Shown here: positions 53,815-64,000 of the stretch, in pieces
How positions within the stretch are numbered: the first letter of the stretch is position 1
Layout: each line of letters starts with the position of its first letter
Position numbers and translations under genes: made by a program
The notes under the pieces: generated by a model
The model's input: the letters and a program-made list of their open reading frames with translations, nothing else
What the model was told of the DNA's origin: nothing
Databases searched by the model: none
NCBI GenBank assembly: GCA_043228905.1
Contig: JBHGNT010000014.1
Location: forward strand, 11,346,001-11,410,000
Reading direction: 5' to 3'
From: Azolla caroliniana
Taxonomy: Eukaryota > Plantae > Polypodiophyta
DNA length: 64,000 nt

Positions 53815-56800
53815 ATCTACATCTAATCGGCTTTACACCTTTTGGTACGTCAACTAGGTCCCAAGTTCATTGTCCGTTAAAGCGCGCATCTCTTCCTCCA
53901 TCGCAGCACGCCAATTGGTGTCTTTCTCCGCTTCTGCGTAGCTCTTTGGCTCACGCACTTCCGCCACTCGTGTCATGTATGCGTAATGGTGCGCCATCTA
54001 TTCATTGTACCCACACCTCTTTACAGGGTTCTTCAGGCGGGTAGATTGGCGTAATTCGTGATTACCCGATTTCACGACCTTTTCGGTCGATTTCAACCCC
54101 TTCCGTGGAGGTTCCTTCTCGATTGGCCCGAAATCAGATTCACTCCGATCTGACTCAACACTGCCGAAATCGTACTCCGACATTTTCTTCTTCCTTTTTT
54201 CTTTACGCGTAAACCGTGTCCTCGGTTCTTTACGCGGGGACAACATGGCCGAGTCTCCACTACTCGCCGACTCTTCATTTGGTTGGCCATCTCGGCTCAA
54301 CCCCTCATTCGGTCCACTTAGCCGAAATGAGATCAGACTCTCTGTCAGAGCTCCGATTTCCTCATCTTGCGAAGGTAGCTCGGCCTTGTTGACCTCTTCT
54401 TCAGAGTTCGTAATGTAGTCTTGAGGTGTTGGAGGTGAAGGCAAGTACCACGAAGCAGACTCATCGAACACGACATCACGGCTTACGTGAGCTTCCTTCG
54501 TTCGGGGATTATAGCACATATACCCCTTTTGTTCATCTGAATAGCCGACTAAAATGCACTTTTTGGCTTTGGCGTCCAACTTTCTCCGTTTCTCCTTCGG
54601 CACATGCACGTACGCGAGGCTGCCGAACATCCTCAAGTGGGCCAAGTTCGGCTTCTTGTCGTAATACAACTCATGTGGTGACACTCCTCCATTAGCAGAG
54701 GTTCGATTATGCAAATAAACAGCCGTCCTTATGACTTCAACCGTCCTTACGACTTCGGCATATGCTTCTCTTCAAGCATTGCCTTGACGGCTTCTTCGAT
54801 CGTTCGATTCTTCCACTCGGTTACGCCGTTCTGCTCCGGTGTATAACTACACGAGACTTCATGTCAAATTCCCTCCTTCTGTAGATAACTCATGAACTGG
54901 TCGGAGAAGTACTCCTTCCCGCCATCGGACCATAGGCACTTGATCTTACGCCCTGTTTCCCTTTCTGCAAGGTTTTTCACCTTCAGGAACCACGCGAAAA
55001 CTTTGCTCTTTTTCGTGATCAAGCACACCCAAGTGTGCCGAGTGAAGTCATCGATGAAGGTTATGAAGTAACGGTTTCCACCGAGACTCACATTCTGTGC
55101 CGGTCCCCACACATCTAAATGGATCAAATCCAGCGGATTTCGACTATGATTATGCTCATTGGGGAATGGAAGTCGGTGCTGCTTCCCTAGTTGGCAGGCT
55201 TTTCAGACATGGCCATCTTGGCCACGAAATTTTGGCAGACCGAAAACAATGTTCTTCGTCTGCATTTCACGAAGCCGTGGGAAGTTAACGTGACCGAACT
55301 GCTTGTGCCAGAGGTCAATGTCTGATTCGACCTTCTGTCTTTTCGTGAACAACGCGGTTTCGGCTTGATTGGTGTTGAGGATAAACATCCTCCCTTCACG
55401 ACGCCCTTGCGCAATAACTTTGCCTTCCGCCCAAGGTGCGTGAATCGAACTTGCAACCCCTGGTCGACGATCTGTTCGAACGACACCAGGTTCTTGGTTA
55501 TTGTTGGGACATGCAACACGTTCCTAAGTTTCCCTTTCTGCCCAACATGGCTGAGAGGAACTTCTTCGACATATTCGATGGTATGCGGAGTGTCGTCTCC
55601 TGTTTCGATCAGTCCTTGTTTTTCCGGTTTCTCCAAGTACGAGAACCATTCCTCATGACTCATCATATGATTTGATGCTCCAGATTCAACATACCACACC
55701 TCGCTCGAATTCTAGGTGTTCACGACCATCGAATTGGCCTTGTGCTTAATTATGAAGGCTAGGCCTGATCCATTTCCGGCTCGTTTGGAGCCTTCAGTGT
55801 AGTGCGATTTCTGACGCCTTCCCGTGTCTCTTCCGCTCGATTCGGCTTTGTCTGAATCGGCTCTCTTCTTCTAGCACTCGCTCTCCCGTGGCCTTTCTTG
55901 CCACAATACCAACATTCCGTTGCGGCCTTCTCTTGCCGGTTTCGGGCTCCGCTGTGACTCCCCTTGCTTCCGGAGGGTTCGGAATTGCTTCCGGCATTTC
56001 GATTATGCCGCATGTTCTACTCTTTTCGGCCACCTCCAATGCGCGCCGTTCCTCCTCATCCACCACGACCACGGGGCCTATCTTTCTCCGTGTACATCAT
56101 CTTGTTGTTGGTGTGTGTACTCGTCGACGCACTTGCGTGATTTTCCTCTACGAGCAACATCGACTGAAGCTCGAAGAACGAAGGCGTAATCTCCCTTCTG
56201 CAGACCGCTGTCCAGAACGCTCTGAACTTTGACGCTAACCCACCAAGGCAAACCTGCACCATTTCTTCGTCCTCTACGTTCACGTTGACGGAGGCGAGAG
56301 AGTCACAAATCTCCTTGATTCGGGTTGTGTAATCGGCCACATACAGATCTTTTTGTTGGACATTGTTGAGCTCCTATCTGAGTTGCAGCTTCCTGGCCAT
56401 TGTGCTAGCGGCGAAAATCCTCTTGAGATTCGCCCACACTTCCTTTGGCATCTTAGCATCCCGAATGTAGCTCAAGATCTGGTTGCTCACACAGGACGCG
56501 AAGCTATAAAGAACTCTGCTTGCCGCTTGTTCCCAAGCCGAAAAATCTCTGTGTGTCGATTCAGGTGCTTTATCATTAGCTCCTTCGACATAACTCCAGT
56601 AACCATGACCAAGCAGGTACTGGTGCATTTGTATGATCAAGATGCGTAGTTGCTCCTATCGAGCTTCTCAGTCGGTAGCGAGCTTCCTATTTCTTTGTCC
56701 ATATTGCTGTCTTATCCTTTCTGAAAACGACGACTTAACTTTGTATTATTGCATGCTTTTCTGGCGGCTGGAGAGGAGTCTCAACCCTCGCGCTCTGATA

Positions 56801-57204
56801 CCATGTAAAAGAATACGTGTGCGGAAGCGTATGTGTAAGAACATAGAGTACACGGTTTGGTAGTACGATAGTTCGGCAAAAACGCAGAAATCACACACAG
56901 AGAGAGAGAGAGTAGAAAACGTAACTATATTAAACAATTCTTTGTATGTTCTCTATGTACATACTTCATGCTCAGTGAGCACCTTTTATACAAGCATTGA
57001 CTATTGGGCTGACACAAGTACTTACAGTACTTGGCCGCTCATAAATGAGCATCCTACACTTACTCCCAAAATTATTCCTTACGAGGAATAACACTCTAAC
57101 GGCCTCTCGGTTTAAACACCGCCATGGCCATATTTTGCGTACGGTTTTACACACCCAGTCTATGCACTGTGTTACGCACCCAATGTTGAGGTTGTCTCTC
57201 AACA
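53815..57204 (-). mobile_element. 3'-truncated, degenerate Copia related to the 46255 element; 5' LTR 56804-57204
   Basis: PBS (GCTCTGATACCA on +) ends at 56803. Gag MHQYLLGHGYWSYVEGA, PR WYVESGASNHM and IN DVWGP closely parallel the 46767 polyprotein; many stops and frameshifts. Confidence 0.9.
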
Positions 57205-58966
57205 CTTCAACCCAATATGATTTCGACAGGTTCTTTTTGTTCATCATTGCTCTCGCCACCTCCAATATATGCCAATTTTTTAGTTCGGCTACTCCATTTT
57301 GCTAAGGTGTGTGTTGGCACGAGAATTCTCGGAAAATTCCTTCCTTTTGGAGGTACGTTGTAAATTCGTCCGAGAAATATTCCTTGCTCCCATCCGATCA
57401 AAGGCATTCAACATGCCGACCGATTGCCCTTTCGACTTCATTCTTGAACTTTTGGAAGCGTCCGAACACTTCACTCTTTTACCGCATAAGGTAAATCCAG
57501 GTATGCTTGGAGAAGTCGTCGATCAACGTCACGTAGGAACGACAAACACCAAATGTTGCCGTCTGGGCCGGTCCCCATACATCTGAATGAACTACATCCA
57601 GGGTTCCTTTGCTCACGTTCCTCTGTTTCGGGAACGGTTGTCGATGTTGTTTGCTGAATTGAGAGGCTTCACATACACCTGTCATCTCCTTCTCGGTAAA
57701 GGTCAAGAGTTCGATAATGACTCCTTTCGACTGCATCCCTTTAAATTTTTGGAAATTGATGTGGCTGATTTGTTTGTGCCACAACTCTATATCGGTGTCA
57801 GCTTTCCGACCCTTGGCATACATTGCCGATTTCATCTCATGAGAGTCGAGGATGAACATTCAGCCTTCTCTTTGACCACGAGCGATAATTCGGCCTTCCA
57901 TTTCAATGAAGCACCCTCTATCGTTGAATCGAACTTGCATGCCTTGTTCCATGATCTGGCCAATCGAGACCAGATTCTTCGTTATTGTCGGAACATGCAA
58001 GACATTTTTGATGTAGGTCTCATTGCCTTCTTTGCTGAATGGGACATTGTCGACATGCTGAATGGGGTGTATTGTGTCATCCTCGGTTTCAACATAGCCG
58101 AATTGATCAGGTTTTTAGAGTTCTCGAAACCAATCTGCATGGGACATCGTATGATTTGATGTACCCGAATCAACAAATGAAACATCTTCGGAACTAGAGA
58201 TGTTGGTCAAGCACGATTCCGTCATCGAGTTCGCTTTGTGTCACATCAAGAACATTCTGCCAATCGATTGTCATAGACGGAATTCGATGCGTAATTAGTG
58301 AGTTGTCGACTTGTGAATGTTTTCTCACTTTTGGTTTTCCGACACTCTGCCTCGTAGTGGCCAAATTTTCCACAATATTCGCACTGAACGGAGTTGTTAT
58401 GTCGGCTGGGTTGAGGGGTCCGGAATGATTGCTCCCCCTTCTACTTGAGGCTCCGCCTCGTGAGTTTGTGGCTTCGTGCCAGTAGTAGAAGTTGTGCTCA
58501 TGGAACTGCCCTTAGTTGTGTTGGACTTGACTGAGTCGGCCTCTTCTGCCACGACCTTGATCTCTTCCTTCATCCGAGTTCGAATAGAGCATTTGTCCCT
58601 CTTGCACATTGCTCCTTGATCGGACACGATTCTCTTCGACTAGTAACATTAACTGAAGATCGAAGGAGGGAGGATCCTCTCTCGCGAGAACGGCCGACCT
58701 TATAGCGTCGAACCGAGGTGCCAAGCCTCTGAGGCATATCGACACCATTTCATTGTCGTCAATGCTGACATTGAACAACTCGAGGGCGTCGCACAACTCC
58801 TTGATCTTCAAGGAGTAGTTGCTGATTGACATGTCTCTCTGTTGAATGTTGTTCAACTCCCAGAGTTGAAGTTTGCGAGCAATCGTATTGTCCGCGAAGA
58901 TTTTCTTGAGGTTCCCCAATGCCTCCTTCGGCGTTTTTGCCTCTCAAATGTAGCAAAGCATGTGAT

Positions 58967-61695
58967 TGTTGGGCGCCCTAGATGACCAAGTGGGAAAGGT
59001 CGAGAAGGAGAAAAGACAATGGAACGGTTATGGCAGAGTGAAGAAGATGAGTGGGGCCGTAGCGTAATGAAGAGGTAATAACAGCCGTAACATAGGGACA
59101 ACCAAAGCGTAATTAATATTTAAAGAAAAAGTAACTGTTCACGCGCCGAGCGTAACCGCCCATGACCCTGTATATAAAGGGCATGGAAACACTTGTAAAG
59201 AGCTAGCGATAATTTTGTATCCTATAGTTTTTGTTTGCTTGACTCTCTGTGTTCTCGTAACTCTTCGTATCTGTTTCATGTAGAGTTTATTCTCTGTGCA
59301 CACTATTGCGTAAGAAGTCGGTTGTAGCCGTCTCCTTAATCTCCACGACTAAGTTAACAGTTACAAGCTCAGTGTATAGTCCCCCGTATCACGGTTATGA
59401 CGTACTCTCCCATCCTTGAACCATGATTCCCTTGAGCTGAACCTCAAAGGACTAAGGATCCGGCACTGTCACCTTAACCGGTAACACTTTTGGCATGCAT
59501 GGTGGGACACAGGGAGCTCGCCATTAAAGATCGACTTTGTCAAAGTACACAAGGATCTCACCATAGTTCAGAATGGAGCGAAGGATATGGTTTGTAAGGA
59601 CAAGACCGCGAAGAAGGCTGAAAAGTATGCCAAGCAACAACTTGAGGAAGCCCAAAAGACAATCGCAAAATTGGAGCACCGCCTACAAGAAGCCACAACC
59701 TCAACCACCACCGTAGCCTCCCCCATACCTAAACTACAAAAACTCCATGAGGAGGTCGAAACTCAGACAACGATAGTGGCTAAAGTGAAAAAAGCGACGG
59801 AAATCACCGAAATGGAAATCGAGAGACTCTACTCTGAACTCTGACAATCGTCGGATTGTGAGATAGATATTTGGGCTAAGGGATGAAAAGCCATGAAGAA
59901 GATCCAAGAAAAATTAGACGCCAAAATCATGGCTCACACAAAGATGACCGAAGAGCTCAATAAACAAAAGGAAGAACTCGGTCGATCTGAAGGGATCATC
60001 GTGGCACTACGAGAGGCCGCGCAAAAAAAATGCCAATGATATGACGAGAAAATCGAGATCGAGCGACAAATGACGAGAGAAGTCGAAGTGCAATTAAACA
60101 ATGAAATGGGTTGACTTGAAGAACTGCACGATAAAGAATCGAAGCTGTGGCAGGAGGTAAAATCATGGTATGAAGAGAATGCCGCCTCCAAATGCAAGCA
60201 AAATTTCAAACCTCAAGACGGCTCTCGAGGAGATGCAAACGTGCACAGAGATGAACACGGAGCACATAAAGATCCTCCTAGCAACAACACGCGAAAGATT
60301 TACGCACCAACTTCAAGCGATGTTGAACAGAGGATGGGCCGAATGGGCAAAGCATGCCGCAAAGCTTCACAGATTCTGGGCCGACCAGGAGAATCAGTAG
60401 AAAGATGGTAAGGGCTTCTACAAACTTAACGAAGAAAGCATTGCCATTGTTCGTGAAGACCTTATGCAAGATTATCAAGCCCTAACCGATCGCCACTCTG
60501 AGGAGATCGCACAATTCCTAGAGGAGTTTGGAGATAGTCAGCTCGACACCTCTCTCCAACTCCTAGCATTCAAAAACGAGCAAAGGAAGGTAGATGAAGG
60601 AAATAGAGCGGCCACCATCATACTCCCCGACAGTGACTCTGGGTAGCACACAACAGAAGGACCACAACACCTAGAAGAAGAAATCCCGGAGGTCACCACG
60701 GTGCTGAACCCACCCTTGGATGCATACCCAGATTCCATCGGCGCCACAATGGTAGATACGGCTGAAGGCCCTATGCAAGGTACACCGCATGAAGAGCCAA
60801 CACGAGAAGCCACACATGTGGAAGAAGGGCCGCAAGCAAAACAGACACCAACCACCGAACTAGTAGAAGAAGGCCCACAAGAAGATCAAATGTAAGAGGC
60901 TGAACTGGAGCCAACTGAACCCATTGGCCCACCCGCGCTAGAATCGATGAAATATACAAGCCCCCCCGAACCTGAGCAAACAAAGCCTACCAGCTCCCTG
61001 GAACTCGCGCCTACGACGCAACCCACGACACCACCCAAAACAACCCCCGTAGTTCCCACAGAGATAGACCATCTAGAGCTGAACATCATGGACATCTTCG
61101 ATGATGATGAAGGTCTTCTGTGGGTTCGACCGTGCCGGCACTGTCCCATAGGCGTGCCATGTGTTAGCTGCCTTGTACGGCCAAGTGGGAAAGCTCGAGA
61201 AGGAGAAAAGACAAAGGGATGGTTATGGCAGAGCGAAGAAGATGGGTGGGGTCGTAGAGTAATGAAGAGGGAGTAATAGTTGTAGCGTAAGGACAACCAA
61301 AGCGTAATTAATATTTAAAAAAAAAGTAACAATTCACGCGCTGAGTGTAACCACCCATGACCCTGTGTATAAAGAGCATGGAAAAACTTGTAAAGAGCTA
61401 GCGATAATTTTTGTTTGCCTGACTCTCTGTGTTCTCGTAACTCTTCGTATCTATTTCTGTCGAGTTTATTCTATGTGTTGAGTCTTATACGTTGTGTACG
61501 CTATTGCATAAGAAGTCGGTTGTAGCCGTCTTCCTAATCTCCACAGTCTCCATGACTAAGTTAACACTCACAAGCTTAGTGTATTGTCACCCGTATCACG
61601 GTTACGATGTACTCTCCCATCCCTGAACCACGATTCCCTTGAGCTGAACCCCGAAGGACCGAGGATCCGGCACCGTGTCACCCTAACCGATAATA
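58967..61695 (+). mobile_element. Non-autonomous LTR element (probably Gypsy, Tat/Ogre-like PBS) with an inverted second PBS in place of a PPT
   Basis: LTRs 58967-59486 and 61162-61695; TSD GTGAT (58962-58966, 61696-61700); PBS TGGCATGCATGGTGGGAC at 59491-59508; GTCCCATAGGCGTGCCA at 61143-61159. Confidence 0.88.
59510..61115 (+). pseudogene. Decayed ~530-codon coiled-coil plus acidic/Pro-Thr-rich ORF carried by the LTR element; no gag or pol motifs
   Basis: Collinear fragments 59587-59844, 60170-60400, 60464-60646, 60701-60895 and 60947-61115, broken mostly by TGA/TAG/TAA stops of the kind expected from C-to-T decay. Confidence 0.65.
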
Positions 61696-62108
61696 GTGAT
61701 CATGTACGCATGATGCAAGGTAGTACAGAACACGGCTCGTAGCCTGCTCATAAGCTGGGTAGTCGGCGTGTGTCAGGTTGGGTTGGGTTGCATTTCTTGC
61801 ACTCCTTCGATGTAGCCCCAATAGCCTTGGCTGATAAGGTATTGGTGCATCTTGAACTCCCAAGCTGCACAATTGTTTCTGTCAAGCTTCTCGGTAGGAA
61901 GAGCGATTCCCATCTGAGGTTCATTGTCAAACTTCTTTTTCTTCTCTTTGATACAAACTGTGTAGGTTGTTGCTACAGTGATCAGCCGGTTCTTTCCGAA
62001 CACGGGCTTGGGCACAACACACGTAAAGGTGATGGGCTTGGATCAAGCTACCAAGCGCTCTGATACCATGTAAAGAATCGAGAGTGATTCTATGCAGCAA
62101 ATGAACTC

Positions 62109-62184
<76 letters not shown>

Positions 62185-62807
62185 AGAGAGAGAGAGAGTA
62201 AGAGAGAGAGAGAGAGCTAAAGGTTATAGAAAAATAGAAAGTTGTATTACTGTAACAAGGAAACAAGAATGACCAACACAGTTACAAATAAGGTGGGAAG
62301 GTGCCCACCTCTTAACGAAAGGGAGGTGGAGACATAACTACATTGAATATGTGTCATAGAATTATACGATTCTATGACACACTAGTTACTATAGTAGGTG
62401 ATGGGATGTTCACACACTATGGAAGTTGAGTTTGATTCTCAACATTAGATAATAATAATAACTGAAATATTTGTAAATAGCCCATACTATGTTGAGGTAT
62501 AAATACCTCTAGGAAAAAAACTTTAGTTGTGTTGAATAGTAGATGCAGAATAGAGTTTTGGTAGTAGAATAGAAGTATTGTATAGAGGGTAACTAAGAGA
62601 GAAGATAGAGTTTGAGCGATACCAAGAGCTTGTGTGGCTGATACACTATGTATAGACAAAGTGTTGTAACCTGTTTTCTTTCTCTGTATATTTGTTGTAT
62701 AGTGGAAGATATATTCTCTCGTGATTTTCCCCGTTTAGGGTTTCCAAGTAAAACCTGTGTACTATGTGTATTTGTTGTTTTTCGCGTTCTGCTTGTACAT
62801 TTCAACA

Positions 62808-63660
62808 TATCTTTCTCGTAGATATACGATCCCATCTCATCATGTCCAAGGCGAGTTTGAATGCTGGAATCGTTTTTGCTTTTCCCTTCCCTTTAGAGTT
62901 CCAGCTCTCCGGTGTCTTTGATGGTCTGGTTGCATCATCTGTGCGTCATCTCTTCTCATCTACGTACACCTCATGCAATTGACATAAAGTGTGCGTGTAT
63001 GCTATTCTTATTTATGGGCCATTCCCATCCCATAGCTTCCTGGATTCCTTCTGTGGTGCTCCGGATTTCATCAAAGTTGGCTCAATTTGAGATTTCTAGT
63101 ACTTCCGGCCAAAAAGATGTTTTTGCTCCACATGATGCACCCACATGTATTCCCGCAGTTGTCACATAATTGCTTTTTGCCGCTATCTCCTCCTCTAGGA
63201 CTTTCTTCATGCCACCCTTTCGGAAGTTTGGCCAGAGTGGATTCCAAGAATCCATTGAATGTATCCGATTTCCTTCATAGTAGATAAGATCACGCCGTAG
63301 AGCCTCCTTGTACTCACTACAATCCTTTTGATCAGGTTCGGTGCTATTGCACAATATGCACCGCTTGTCCATATACTTGGAACTTGTGGGATGTTCTTCC
63401 GATTTCTTCACCTTGGAAATTTTGAGATTCTCCATCTCCTTTAGCAACTGCTCCACCATGGTTGCATCAATTCTCTTATCGACAAACATAACCACCTTGT
63501 CCGATGCGAGGATAGCTTGATCTCTCATGGACAACCTCCCAAATCGACTCTTGAACTCTGAGAACACTTCGAGAACTTTCAACCCCTTTTTTGGTGTTTC
63601 CACCCAATCTTTGTATCCCCTTCGCATTGCCTTGGAGGAGTCTTCAATAGTGTATGTCGT
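62808..63660 (-). mobile_element. Gypsy-like gag remnant
   Basis: ORF 63082-63627: VEQLLKEMENLKI...RCILCNSTEPDQKDC (degenerate zinc knuckle). Confidence 0.6.
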
Positions 63661-63663
63661 TTT

Positions 63664-64000
63664 TGTTGAGATACAAGCTCAACATTGGGTGTGTAAACCG
63701 GGTGCGCAACGAGAGGCCGTGCGTAAACCGGGAGGCCGTTGGATAGATATTCTGCGGAGGAATATATTTTGGGAGTTAGTGTAGGGTCTCATTGATGAGC
63801 ATTGAAGTACGTTTAAGTACTTCTGTTAGTTCGTATGGACCTGTATAGAAGAGAGCACTCCTGTGTACAACGTTTTAGAGTAATGTTTTGGAATAGAGTT
63901 TTCTGTGTTTTGCTCTCTCTGTCTCTCCCGAGTACGTTGTGTTGATTAAGATTGTTGTGATATCAAGCTCAACTAGTTTAATCTAGTTAGTCAACACATG
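63664..64000 (+). mobile_element. Copia-family LTR, running to the window edge (possibly interrupted by another LTR start at ~63953)
   Basis: TGTTGAGATACAAGCTCAACATTGGG resembles the reverse complement of the 57204 LTR end; TGAGCATTGAAGTAC is shared with the 46255 LTR. Confidence 0.7.

Larger units (their letters stand above)
57205..62400 (-). mobile_element. Older degenerate Copia (5' LTR from 62069, right end uncertain; PBS 62057-62068; gag-PR-IN), host of the 53815 and 58967 insertions
   Basis: LPTEKLDRNN...KMHQYLISQGYWGYIEG; CVHD|HML split by the 58967 insert; HSDVWGPAQ...; its LTR carries a (TG)n(GA)n tract. Confidence 0.85.

Noticed and set aside
45487-57204. Treating LTRs 45487-45905 and 56804-57204 as the two ends of one element
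   Set aside because: They are too divergent, and the flanks (GAGAT versus CTTCA) do not form a TSD.
62415-62807. Possible solo LTR ending TTCAACA at 62807
   Set aside because: It has LTR-like motifs (TATAAATA, GGGTTTCC), but the left boundary and TSD could not be defined.

Overview
Eukaryotic land-plant nuclear DNA (spliceosomal introns, plant gene families, Copia/Gypsy/LINE/hAT elements). A fern or other seed-free plant is plausible but cannot be proven from the sequence. Layout: (1) 1-7.9 kb is a decayed minus-strand hAT transposon carrying two nested insertions, one of them a ~4 kb TIR element holding an array of ~20 hairpin palindromes. (2) 9.3-39 kb holds four intact host genes: chloroplast stromal processing peptidase (SPP, about 24 exons), a YUCCA flavin monooxygenase, a fasciclin-like arabinogalactan protein and a small multi-exon coiled-coil gene. 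(3) 39-45 kb is rich in microsatellites, LINE 3' fragments, tRNA-like heads and a hAT MITE. (4) 45.5-64 kb is a nest of LTR retrotransposons, including one young full-length Copia. The most unusual object is a 2.7 kb non-autonomous LTR element (58967-61695, TSD GTGAT). It has a tRNA-Arg-type PBS after the left LTR and no polypurine tract. Where the PPT should be there is a sense copy of a tRNA 3' half (T-arm...CCA), i.e. a second, inverted PBS. Coordinates were read by eye and may be off by a few bases. No database searches were run.
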